Origin: an uncultured Planctomycetia bacterium
GTDB lineage: Bacteria > Omnitrophota > Gorgyraeia > Duberdicusellales > 4484-171
Length of the DNA: 64,000 nt
Direction: 5' to 3'
Assembly: GCA_964635565.1 (NCBI GenBank)
Contig: CAZWON010000001.1
Coordinates: 7,020-71,019, forward strand
Within the stretch, counting starts at the first letter, position 1. Each line of letters opens with the position of its first letter. The position numbers and the translations under genes are program-made. Below the pieces are notes generated by a model, which made no database searches, was not told where the DNA came from, and saw only the letters and a list, made by a program, of their open reading frames with translations. Below are positions 8,432 to 17,857 of this stretch, piece after piece.

Positions 8432-9538
8432 TTGATTATGAAATGTGTGGCATTTGATTTAGGGAAAGTTTTATTTGATTTTGATTACAACATTGCTTTA
8501 GAGAAAATAAAAGATAAAGTAGGGGTAGATATCTCCTATATTATCGATGCTTTATTTTATAAAGATTTTGCAGGGGATTTTGAAAGAGGAGAAGTTGGCG
8601 CATTGGATTTTTACAATAAGTTTAAGCGAGCTTTTAAGGCAGATATTTCCTTTGAGGAGTTTAAAAGTATATGGTGCGAAATTTTCTGGCCCAAAGAGGA
8701 TGTGATTGAGTTTTTAGAAAGATTAAGAACTGTATATCCTATTTATTTGATTTCCAATATTAATGAATTGCATTTTTTTTATCTTTATAAAAAATTTAGT
8801 AGTGTATTCTCTCTTTTTGATGACCTCATTCTTTCTTTTAAAGTAAAGGCAACAAAACCAGACATTAAGATTTATGAAGAGTTAAAAAAGATTACAGCAC
8901 TATCCTATAGAGAGATTATCTATATAGATGACAGAGAAGATCTGGTTGATGAGGCAAAGAATTTAGAATTAAACACTATAAAATTTAATAGCTTAAAAGA
9001 ACTTATTCCTCAGTTAGAGAAATATAGTATTTTCTGCCCTTCCCGAAAGGAGACAGATATATTATTGGAATTAAAAAAACACATAAAAAATAGTAAGAAT
9101 ACTTTGCTTATAGGCATGGGGAATCGCCTACGTAGTGACGACATGGTTGGTTCTTCAATCATTGAAGCATTGGATGGTAGGTTAACTATAGAGACGTTAG
9201 ATGTTAAAGAGTCTTTGGAGAACTATTTAGGTAGAATAAAAGCCTCTCATTCTTCATTGGTGATATTTCTTGATTCTGCTTATTACAACGAAGAGGAAAG
9301 ATTTAGACTCTTTTCTCCTTCACAATTACAGGACCATTTTTATCTTACGCATGATTCTTCTTTACATTTCGTTGTTAAATACTTGCAAAAGGATAACTCC
9401 TTTGATATACTACTTGTTGGTATTAAGGGTTATGACTTTTTTCTTGGTGAAACAATGAGTAAGGAGACTTTGAAGGGGAAATATATATTAGAGAATTTTT
9501 TTATGAGGAATTTTTGTAAGGATAACAAGGTAAAATGA
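8432..9538 (+). CDS. Fusion protein: N-terminal HAD-superfamily (IA-like) hydrolase domain + C-terminal hydrogenase maturation endopeptidase (HycI/HybD family)
   Basis: N-terminal AFDLGKVLFDFD, LISN, KATKPD, IDDRED (HAD motifs I-IV; motif I degenerate DLG). C-terminal LLIGMGNRLRSDDMVGSSIIEAL matches the GxGNxxxxDDxxG protease signature, plus LTHDSSLHF and ILLVGIKGYDF segments that align with HybD. Confidence 0.7.
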   Translation: MIMKCVAFDLGKVLFDFDYNIALEKIKDKVGVDISYIIDALFYKDFAGDFERGEVGALDFYNKFKRAFKADISFEEFKSIWCEIFWPKEDVIEFLERLRTVYPIYLISNINELHFFYLYKKFSSVFSLFDDLILSFKVKATKPDIKIYEELKKITALSYREIIYIDDREDLVDEAKNLELNTIKFNSLKELIPQLEKYSIFCPSRKETDILLELKKHIKNSKNTLLIGMGNRLRSDDMVGSSIIEALDGRLTIETLDVKESLENYLGRIKASHSSLVIFLDSAYYNEEERFRLFSPSQLQDHFYLTHDSSLHFVVKYLQKDNSFDILLVGIKGYDFFLGETMSKETLKGKYILENFFMRNFCKDNKVK

Positions 9539-9903
9539 GAAAACTAAGCTTACTTTTATGTATAGTTGTTTTTATAGGGTGTGCGCCAGTGTTAGTAGGG
9601 ACAGGCATTGTTACAGGCTATATTTTGAGTAATGATTCTGCAATGGGTAACATAAGCATTGGCTATCACCAATTATGGACTGTATGTAAAGAGACACTTG
9701 ATTATGAAGGGGCAGATATTATTTTTGCCAAAGAGTCTGCAGGAGTAATTAAAGCAAAGTTATCTGATGTTGATATTACTTTAAAGATTGATAGTGCATC
9801 TTCTGATATTCAAAGGTTAAAAGTCTCTGCCCGTAGGTATCTTTTACCTAAGCCATACATAGCGCAGGATATTTTTACTAAAATTGTTAAGAGCTTAGAG
9901 TGA
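9535..9903 (+). CDS. Small lipoprotein of unknown function
   Basis: Signal peptide with lipobox FIGC. ATGA overlap with the upstream gene. Confidence 0.5.
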   Translation: MRKLSLLLCIVVFIGCAPVLVGTGIVTGYILSNDSAMGNISIGYHQLWTVCKETLDYEGADIIFAKESAGVIKAKLSDVDITLKIDSASSDIQRLKVSARRYLLPKPYIAQDIFTKIVKSLE

Positions 9904-10658
9904 TAAGTTTATTTTTTCTTATCTTTCTTCTCAGTTGTTCTTACACACCCTGCTGTAACCATATAAAAGTAATTCAAGTTATTGATGGTGATACAGTAAA
10001 ACTTTCTGATGGGAGACTGTTGCGCTACATTGGCATAGACACTCCTGAGGTAAGAGTAAGAGAAAAATCCCGTTTTGTCTACAATCCCCAACCTTTTTCT
10101 CTGGAAGCCAAAGAGTTAAATAGAAAACTTGTGGAAAATAAATTTGTAAGAGTTGAATTTGATATTGAGAAGTTTGATGTATATGGTAGAATGTTAGGCT
10201 ATTGCTTTGTAGATGATATTTTTGTGAATGCCAGGCTTATTGAGGAAGGGTTAGCAGTTCTTTATACAAAGCCTCCAAATGTAAAATATACCGATTTATT
10301 TGTAACCTTACAGAAAAAGGCTCAAGCTTTGCATAAAGGGATATGGGGAGCTTATGAAGTTGTGTCTAGTAATGGAGCTTACAATTTTATTAACCAGATT
10401 AGAACGGTTAAAGGGAAGGTTAAAGGGGTATACACCTCAAAAAAAGCAGTTTTCCTAAATTTTGGAGAAGATTATAGAAAAGATTTCACTGTAGTTATTT
10501 TCAACGACTGCTTAGGATTTTTTAAGGAAAAAAATATTAATCCCTTAACTTTCTACAGAGATAAAGAGATAAAGGTGTGGGGTAGAATTAGAGAATATAA
10601 CGGTCCAGAAATTATTGTATGCAATCCCTCTCAGATAGAGGTAGTCAATGAAAAATAA
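9900..10658 (+). CDS. Thermonuclease (SNase/micrococcal-nuclease family) lipoprotein with an extra ~100-aa C-terminal domain
   Basis: GTG start overlapping the upstream stop. Lipobox LSCS. SNase motifs VIDGDTVKL and RYIGIDTPE. Confidence 0.75.
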   Translation: MISLFFLIFLLSCSYTPCCNHIKVIQVIDGDTVKLSDGRLLRYIGIDTPEVRVREKSRFVYNPQPFSLEAKELNRKLVENKFVRVEFDIEKFDVYGRMLGYCFVDDIFVNARLIEEGLAVLYTKPPNVKYTDLFVTLQKKAQALHKGIWGAYEVVSSNGAYNFINQIRTVKGKVKGVYTSKKAVFLNFGEDYRKDFTVVIFNDCLGFFKEKNINPLTFYRDKEIKVWGRIREYNGPEIIVCNPSQIEVVNEK

Positions 10659-11388
10659 TTTGTTATTATTAGTTATTTTGTTGGGTTTTTATGGATGTGT
10701 CACAGTTTATAATCCTGCCACCCAGAAGGAAGAAATATATTTTGTAAGTGATGAGGAAGAAATTGCCATGGGAAAAAATTTAGCGCAGGAGATTATTAAT
10801 AATAATAAAATTATAAGAGACAGAAATAAACTGGCCTATCTTGTTAAAGTAGGAGAAGAGATAGCTAATGTGTGTGATAGGAACTACCTGGATTATCATT
10901 TTTATATTCTTGATAAAGAGGGGATGAATGCTTTTTCTCTGCCTGGCGGTTATATTTTTGTTAATGATGGTCTTTTAGAGAAGACTACAGAGGGAGAATT
11001 AGCATTTGTTTTAGCCCATGAAATTGGACATATTTGTGCTCGCCATTCTGTAAAACGACTGCAAGCCTCATTAGGGGCAAGTATTGTATTAAGTCTTGCC
11101 TTAAAAGGTATAGATGATTTCTTAATAAAAAGAGCTATAGATATAGTTTATAATGTTGTATCTTTAGGATATGCACGGAAAGATGAATTTTTGGCTGATG
11201 CCTTGGCAGTTAAATATACTTATAAAGCTGGTTATAATCCCTTGAGGGGAATAAGCCTTATGGAGAAGCTTAAAAAGAACGCCCATAATGATTATACTTT
11301 AGTATTCTTGCGCAGTCATCCCCCTGTAGATGAAAGGATAGCTAATATAAAAAGGAAGATAGAGGGACTGAAGGAAGACAGTAGTTGA
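10648..11388 (+). CDS. M48-family zinc metallopeptidase lipoprotein (YcaL/LoiP-like)
   Basis: Lipobox FYGC. HExxH motif AHEIGHICARH. 11-nt overlap with the upstream gene. Confidence 0.75.
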   Translation: MKNNLLLLVILLGFYGCVTVYNPATQKEEIYFVSDEEEIAMGKNLAQEIINNNKIIRDRNKLAYLVKVGEEIANVCDRNYLDYHFYILDKEGMNAFSLPGGYIFVNDGLLEKTTEGELAFVLAHEIGHICARHSVKRLQASLGASIVLSLALKGIDDFLIKRAIDIVYNVVSLGYARKDEFLADALAVKYTYKAGYNPLRGISLMEKLKKNAHNDYTLVFLRSHPPVDERIANIKRKIEGLKEDSS

Positions 11389-11455
11389 ATTCTTTAAAGA
11401 AGATTTTTAGTTGAACAAAAAGGTATTAGGCGTTATTATTTAATGTTGCGATAAA

Positions 11456-12745
11456 ATGATTGCAAGATATATACCCAGAGAGATTGGTAAAATATGGAGT
11501 GAAGAGGAAAAGTTCAAGCGTTTCTTAGAGATAGAAATTTTGTTAGTTGAAGCTTTGGAGAAAAAGAAACTTATCCCAAAAGGAGTCTCAGTAAGAATTC
11601 GTAAAAAAGCAAATATTTCTGTAGAAAGAATAAAGAAGATTGAGAAAAAAACTCGCCATGACATAGTTGCTTTTCTTGAAAATCTTTCTTCTTCTATTGG
11701 CAAAGATGCCCAGTATCTTCATTATGGCCTTACCTCTAGTGATCTTTTAGATACTGCCTTAAGCTGGCAAATTAAAGATTCCCTTAAAATAATTTTAAAA
11801 GATTTAGGTATTCTTATAAGAGAGGTTAAAGGCAAAGCTCTTAAATATAAAGATACGCTATGTATTGCTCGTACCCATGGCGTACATGCAGAAATTTATA
11901 GTTTCGGATTAAAATTCTTGTATCTATATAATGATTTAAAAAGAGAGTACGACCTTCTTAAGCAGAGTATTAATATTATCTCTACAGGGAAGATTTCAGG
12001 GGCAGTAGGAACATTTGTTTATTTTTCTCCTTGGGTAGAAGAATATATCTGTAAGAAAATAGGCATTGGGTTTTCAGCTGTATCTACCCAGATTGTTTCT
12101 CGAGAGCGGTTTGCTTATTATCTTTCTCTTTTAGCTCTTTTGGGCTCTACTTTGGAGCGTTTTGCCACAGAAATCAGACACTTACATCGCACGGAGGTTA
12201 ATGAGGCTAAAGAGCCTTTTTATAGAGGACAGACAGGTTCAAGTGCAATGCCACATAAACAGAATCCTATTATTTGTGAGAGAATCTGTGGTTTAGCACG
12301 AATATTAAGAGGTAATATGTTAGCTTCCTATGAAAATATAAATCTTTGGCATGAGCGGGATATATCGCATTCTTCCTGTGAGAGAATTATTATTCCTGAT
12401 TCTTCTATTGTTATTGATTATATGTTGAGGAAAATGACAGAGGTTATAAAAAATCTAAGGGTTAATACCTCAAATATGATGAAAAATATTGAGTTAAACA
12501 GAGGTCTTGTTTTTTCTCAGAGAGCACTTCTTAAGTTGATGGAAAAAGGAGTGGAACGCATTAAAGCATACGAGATTATCCAGAATATCTCTTTAAGGGT
12601 AATAAATAATAAGTCTAATTTTAGAAAAGAAGCCAAGCATGATAAACGTCTAAAACGATATCTTAGCGAGAAAGAGTTAGAAGATATTTTTATTCCTTAT
12701 AATTACCTTAAAAATATAGATAAAATATATAAACGTCTCATATAA
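11456..12745 (+). CDS. purB: Adenylosuccinate lyase
   Basis: Fumarate-lyase signature GSSAMPHKQNP; length 429 aa. Confidence 0.9.
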   Translation: MIARYIPREIGKIWSEEEKFKRFLEIEILLVEALEKKKLIPKGVSVRIRKKANISVERIKKIEKKTRHDIVAFLENLSSSIGKDAQYLHYGLTSSDLLDTALSWQIKDSLKIILKDLGILIREVKGKALKYKDTLCIARTHGVHAEIYSFGLKFLYLYNDLKREYDLLKQSINIISTGKISGAVGTFVYFSPWVEEYICKKIGIGFSAVSTQIVSRERFAYYLSLLALLGSTLERFATEIRHLHRTEVNEAKEPFYRGQTGSSAMPHKQNPIICERICGLARILRGNMLASYENINLWHERDISHSSCERIIIPDSSIVIDYMLRKMTEVIKNLRVNTSNMMKNIELNRGLVFSQRALLKLMEKGVERIKAYEIIQNISLRVINNKSNFRKEAKHDKRLKRYLSEKELEDIFIPYNYLKNIDKIYKRLI

Positions 12746-12804
12746 TTTTGACCTTTTTACTCTTATTTTTGTTTCTGATTTTTTTAATTCCTTAAGGAAA
12801 AATA

Positions 12805-15693
12805 ATGATATGGCGCATTGATGTTTATAGGAGAGAAAAATCGTCTTCTAAGCTTTCTGAAGAAATAAAAGATTTAGGGATAACTAAGGAAATAAATATT
12901 TTTACCAAAAAGATATATTTTATTGAAGCGGACCTAAAAGAGGAAAATCTTCACCAAATAGCAAAAAATCTTTTAATTGACCCTCTCTTAGAGAATTATG
13001 TGCTTACAGAAGGCTTCTTCTCCCGGAAGCCCTCTTCTGATGAAATAATCATTACTTATAATCCTGGTGTATGTGATACAGTTGCCTTATCTTTAGCCAG
13101 AGCTATAAAGGGCTTTTCTTTTTGTGTTAAGAATGTTCGGACTGCCCGTTACTATAAATTTACTGGCTTAAACACAGAGGAGATTTTTTTTATAGCCCAG
13201 AAATTGCTGTATAATCCTCTTATTGAACATATTCTTGATTACAATACAGTAAAAAAACTCGATAGCCTTGATGAATTTTCTGGGGGCAAATATCAATTCA
13301 AACTTAAAAAAGTAAATATTATTGAGGCAGATGAAAAAGAGCTCATAGATATTTCCAAGCGTGGTAATCTCTCATTAACATTGGAAGAGATGGAAAGAAT
13401 AAAAGAGTATTTCACCCAGGAAGGAAGACAACCTACAGATTGTGAATTAGAGACTATTGCTCAAACTTGGTCAGAGCATTGTGCCCATAAAACCTTTCGC
13501 GGGATAATTCAATATCAAGAAAAAGACCCTCAAGGTGGCATTATTAAGGAAGAGAGGATAGTTAATCTTTTGAAATCTACAATTATGAAGGCAACTCAAG
13601 AAATAAATTCTTCAGGATGTGTTTCTGTTTTTGAGGACAATTCGGGGATAGTAAATTTTGATGATAAACATAATATTTGTTTTAAAGTAGAAACACATAA
13701 TCATCCTTCAAGTTTAGAACCTTATGGAGGCGCTTCCACGGGTATTGGAGGAGTTATCCGGGATATTCTGGGAACAGGTATTTCTGCAAAACCTATTGCT
13801 AATATTGATGTATTTTGCTTTTCTTCCCCTCATTTGCCCTATAAGAAGGTTCCCTGTGGCCTTTTACATCCTAAAAGGATTATAAAAGGAGTAGTTAAAG
13901 GAGTAAGCGACTATGGGAACAGAGTAGGTATTCCTACAGTAGCAGGAGCAGTAATATTTGATGAGCGATATTTGGGTAATCCTTTGGTTTACTGTGGCAC
14001 AGTAGGAATAATTCCCAAGAAAGCATCTTTTAAGAAGGTGTGTTCAGGAGAAGCTATTATTCTTTGTGGTGCACCTACAGGCAGAGATGGAATTCATGGT
14101 GCTACTTTTTCTTCAGTAGAACTTTCTAAAGAGACAGTTACTCTTACTTCTGCAGTACAGATTGGTAATCCCATTGAAGAGAAAAAGCTGATAGAAGCAA
14201 TAATAAGACTGAGAGATGCTAATCTCATCCATGCGATAACTGACTGTGGGGCAGGAGGATTATCCAGTGCTATAGGAGAATTAGCCAAGGAGTGGGGAGC
14301 AGAGGTATGGTTAGATAAAGTTCCTCTTAAATATGAAGGGTTAAGTTACACAGAAATATGGATTTCTGAATCTCAGGAAAGAATGGTTCTTTTTGTGGAG
14401 AAAAATGACTTGGAGGAAATTAAAACTATATTTGATGAAGAGGAGGTTCTTTTTTCAGTAATAGGAGAAGTGAACGCTACAAAAAGACTTACCCTTTTTT
14501 ATAAGGATAATAAAGTAGCTGATTTAGATATGGAGTTTCTTCATAAAATACCTACCCTTCGTAAAAAAGCAATATGGGTAAAAAAAGAAGAACAGTGTTA
14601 CAAGGTAGAGGAGAAAGTTAATTATAATGAGGATTTAAAGAAACTTCTTTCCAGTTTTAATATTTCTCCTAAAGATTGGATTATTCGCCAATATGACCAT
14701 GAGGTTCAGGCGCAGTCCGTAATTAAGCCTATTTTAGGGATAGAGAGAGTGGGAGTATCGGATGCTGTAATAATAAGACCAACTTTGGCAAGTAAAAAGT
14801 GTATTGCAATTGGGGTGGGCATAAATCCTTTTTATTCTGATATAGACCCTTACTGGATGTCTGCATTAGCAATTAATGAAGCACTTCGCAATGTGCTTTG
14901 TGTAGGAGGTTCTTTAGAGAATACCTATTTTTTGGATAATTTTAGTTGGCCAGCTCCTACAGATGAACATAGTTTAGGAGGGTTAGTAAGGGCTTCAAAA
15001 GCTTGTTATGATTTTTCACTATTTTTTGGAGTGCCTTTTATTTCAGGTAAAGACAGTCTTTATAATGAATATGTTGTTGAAGGGGTAAGAATTGCTATTC
15101 CGGGGACGCTGTTAATTTCTGCATTATCAATTATTGACGATTATAATAAAGTAATAGGGAGTAGTTTTCAGCAAGAGGGAAACTTAATCTATATTTTAGG
15201 TCTTACTTTCTCTGAAATGGGAGGCTCGGAATACTTTCGGAGTTTAGGTATAAAAAATAAAGGTATTGTGCCTAAAGTTGATAAGCAACTTTCACAGAAG
15301 ATTTTCACTTCTTTAGAAAAAGCAATAAAAAATAGGCTAATTTCTTCTTGTCATGATTGTTCAGAAGGAGGATTGGCAGTAGCTATTTGTGAGATGTGTC
15401 TGAATTCTGATAAAGGAGCATCTATTTTTTTAAGTGAAGTTCCTAAAGATAAAGACCTTCTTAATTATGAAGCTTTATTTTCTGAGAGTTCTTCAAGGTT
15501 TATTGTTGAAGTAGAAAAAGATAAAAAAGAAAAATTTGAAAGATGTATTAAAGATATTCCCTTTGGTTTAATCGGCTGTGTATCTCCAGATAAGCGACTT
15601 ATCGTCTATGGGAAAGATGGTAAAGAAATAATTAACAATTCTTTAGACTGTTTTTATAAAGCCTGGACAATGACATTTGAAGAGTTCAGATGA
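12805..15693 (+). CDS. purL: Phosphoribosylformylglycinamidine synthase subunit PurL with two N-terminal PurS-like domains fused
   Basis: SEHCAHKTF motif appears near residue 228 instead of near 50. The two preceding ~80-aa segments end in PurS-like LIDPLLENY and LYNPLIEHI. AIR-synthase-like repeats throughout. Confidence 0.85.
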   Translation: MIWRIDVYRREKSSSKLSEEIKDLGITKEINIFTKKIYFIEADLKEENLHQIAKNLLIDPLLENYVLTEGFFSRKPSSDEIIITYNPGVCDTVALSLARAIKGFSFCVKNVRTARYYKFTGLNTEEIFFIAQKLLYNPLIEHILDYNTVKKLDSLDEFSGGKYQFKLKKVNIIEADEKELIDISKRGNLSLTLEEMERIKEYFTQEGRQPTDCELETIAQTWSEHCAHKTFRGIIQYQEKDPQGGIIKEERIVNLLKSTIMKATQEINSSGCVSVFEDNSGIVNFDDKHNICFKVETHNHPSSLEPYGGASTGIGGVIRDILGTGISAKPIANIDVFCFSSPHLPYKKVPCGLLHPKRIIKGVVKGVSDYGNRVGIPTVAGAVIFDERYLGNPLVYCGTVGIIPKKASFKKVCSGEAIILCGAPTGRDGIHGATFSSVELSKETVTLTSAVQIGNPIEEKKLIEAIIRLRDANLIHAITDCGAGGLSSAIGELAKEWGAEVWLDKVPLKYEGLSYTEIWISESQERMVLFVEKNDLEEIKTIFDEEEVLFSVIGEVNATKRLTLFYKDNKVADLDMEFLHKIPTLRKKAIWVKKEEQCYKVEEKVNYNEDLKKLLSSFNISPKDWIIRQYDHEVQAQSVIKPILGIERVGVSDAVIIRPTLASKKCIAIGVGINPFYSDIDPYWMSALAINEALRNVLCVGGSLENTYFLDNFSWPAPTDEHSLGGLVRASKACYDFSLFFGVPFISGKDSLYNEYVVEGVRIAIPGTLLISALSIIDDYNKVIGSSFQQEGNLIYILGLTFSEMGGSEYFRSLGIKNKGIVPKVDKQLSQKIFTSLEKAIKNRLISSCHDCSEGGLAVAICEMCLNSDKGASIFLSEVPKDKDLLNYEALFSESSSRFIVEVEKDKKEKFERCIKDIPFGLIGCVSPDKRLIVYGKDGKEIINNSLDCFYKAWTMTFEEFR

Positions 15694-16454
15694 GGCCTAA
15701 AGTTTTGATTTTCCGTACAGCAGGGACAAATTGTGATAGAGAGACAGAGTTTGCTTTTAATTTAGCAGGAGCAGAGCCAGTATTGTCCCATATTAATACT
15801 ATAAAAAACAAAAGGGATTTTTCTAAGTATCAAATTATTTGCATTCCTGGTGGTTTTAGTTATGGTGACGATTTAGGAGCAGGGAAAATCTTCTCTTTGG
15901 AGCTACTTCTTTGGTTTAGAGATTATTTAGAAAAATTTTTAAATAAAGGGAAATTAATCTTGGGGATATGTAATGGTTTTCAGGTATTAATAAAGACAGG
16001 GATTTTGCCTGATGCTGATTTTAAACAAAAAGTAACTTTAACTAATAATGATTCAGAACGTTTTGAAGACAGATGGGTATATCTTAAGATTGAAGAGGAA
16101 GGAAGTGCTAAGGATATATGGTTTAAAGACTTACCTCGTATTATTCTTCTTCCTGTTGCTCATGCTGAAGGAAGATTTTTTGCTCCTTCAGATGTATTAG
16201 AAAGAATAGAGAGTAATAATCAAATAGCATTGCGGTATGTTAATAAAGAGGGGAAAGCTTGCGGTTATCCTTTTAATCCTAATGGGTCTTATAGGAATAT
16301 TGCTGGGATTACGGACAGAAATGGAAAGGTTTTAGGGCTGATGCCTCATCCTGAACGTTTTATTTTTAAACATCATCATCCTTTTTGGCCTAAAGAAAAA
16401 ATGTTTCCTTGGGGATTGAAAATTATTAAAAATGCTGTAGAGTATATTAGTTAA
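15690..16454 (+). CDS. purQ: FGAM synthase glutamine amidotransferase subunit
   Basis: GICNGFQ catalytic Cys and HPER motif. ATGA overlap with purL. Confidence 0.9.
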   Translation: MRPKVLIFRTAGTNCDRETEFAFNLAGAEPVLSHINTIKNKRDFSKYQIICIPGGFSYGDDLGAGKIFSLELLLWFRDYLEKFLNKGKLILGICNGFQVLIKTGILPDADFKQKVTLTNNDSERFEDRWVYLKIEEEGSAKDIWFKDLPRIILLPVAHAEGRFFAPSDVLERIESNNQIALRYVNKEGKACGYPFNPNGSYRNIAGITDRNGKVLGLMPHPERFIFKHHHPFWPKEKMFPWGLKIIKNAVEYIS

Positions 16455-16462
16455 GTGAAGTT

Positions 16463-17857
16463 ATGAGAGAGATAAAAGAGCACTGTGGTTTATTTGGAGT
16501 ATATAATAACGAAGACGCTTCTTTTCTTACTTTTTTGGGCCTTTATTCCTTACAACATCGAGGAGAAGAATCGTGCGGAATAGTTACCTTTGATGGTTCA
16601 GGTTTTCATCATTATCGAGGGATGGGATTAGTAGGTGAGGTATTTACTGAAGATAAGGTAAAGGAACTTAAAGGATATCAAGCAATAGGCCATGTACGTT
16701 ATTCTACTACTGGTTCTACTGCTGTGCGTAATATCCAGCCCCTCTTTGCTAATTCTTATCATCTGTCTTTAGCTTTAGCTCATAATGGCAATTTGATAAA
16801 TTCACTCTCTTTAAGAAAAGAGCTTGAATCCAAAGGTTCTATTTTTCAATCTAGTTCTGATTCTGAAATTATATTGCATCTTATTATGCGTTCTAAGAAG
16901 GTAACTATGGTAGAGAAGATCTTTGATGCTTTGGAGAAGATTAGGGGAGCGTATTCAGTTATAATGATGGATAAAAATGGCATTATTGGCATAAGAGATC
17001 CTTTAGGGTTTAGGCCTCTTTGTATTGGTAGAAGAGGTGAGAGTTTTTTCATCTCTTCAGAAAGCTGTGCTTTAGATCTTGTGGGCGCTGAGTTTATAAA
17101 AGAAGTAGAGCCTTCTGAAGCTGTGATAATTGATAAAGAAGGGATACATTCTTATAAAATGCCAAAGGTATCTAAGAAATTTGCCTTTTGTTCTTTTGAG
17201 CATGTGTATTTTTCCCGTCCCGATTCTATTATCTTTGGGGAAACAGTGCACTTGGTAAGAGAAAAGTTAGGAGAAAAATTAGCCCAAGAACATCCTGTAG
17301 AAGGTGATTGTATTATAGGGGTGCCTGATTCAGGAACATCTGCTGCATTAGGATTCTCTAAAGCAAGTGGTATTCCTTTAGAAATTGGGATAATTCGTAA
17401 TCACTACATAGGAAGGACATTTATTCAACCTTATCAAAATAAACGGGAATTGGGAGTAAAGGTGAAGTTTAATCTTTTAAGAGAAATAATTAAAAATAAG
17501 AGGATAGTGATAGTTGATGATTCTATTGTGCGGGGTACAACTTCTAAAATAAGAGTTAAGAATTTCAGAAATATGGGGGCTAAAGAAGTGCACTTACGGA
17601 TTTCCTGTCCTCCCCATCGTTTTGGTTGTGTTTACGGAATAGATTTTCCTGATGCTAAAAAACTCATTGCCCATAATATGGGAATAAAGGAGATTGAGGA
17701 GTTTTTGGAAGTAGATAGCTTAGGATACTTAAGCCTGGAAGGTATGCTTAGCTGTTTTAAGCATGCAAAAAACTACTATTGTACTGCTTGCTGGAGTGGT
17801 AAGTACCCTCTCAAATTTCATAATGTCTATAAGTATTCTTTAGAAGAAGAATTATGA
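16463..17857 (+). CDS. purF: Amidophosphoribosyltransferase
   Basis: N-terminal MREIKEHCGLFGV (Ntn Cys), PRTase domain, C-terminal Cys cluster. Confidence 0.9.
   Translation: MREIKEHCGLFGVYNNEDASFLTFLGLYSLQHRGEESCGIVTFDGSGFHHYRGMGLVGEVFTEDKVKELKGYQAIGHVRYSTTGSTAVRNIQPLFANSYHLSLALAHNGNLINSLSLRKELESKGSIFQSSSDSEIILHLIMRSKKVTMVEKIFDALEKIRGAYSVIMMDKNGIIGIRDPLGFRPLCIGRRGESFFISSESCALDLVGAEFIKEVEPSEAVIIDKEGIHSYKMPKVSKKFAFCSFEHVYFSRPDSIIFGETVHLVREKLGEKLAQEHPVEGDCIIGVPDSGTSAALGFSKASGIPLEIGIIRNHYIGRTFIQPYQNKRELGVKVKFNLLREIIKNKRIVIVDDSIVRGTTSKIRVKNFRNMGAKEVHLRISCPPHRFGCVYGIDFPDAKKLIAHNMGIKEIEEFLEVDSLGYLSLEGMLSCFKHAKNYYCTACWSGKYPLKFHNVYKYSLEEEL

Noticed and set aside
9270-9458. 62-aa + strand ORF inside the HAD::HycI gene in another frame (also 40987-41217 inside asd)
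   Set aside because: Nested alternative-frame ORFs with hydrophobic low-complexity translations. The enclosing frames carry clear conserved motifs.
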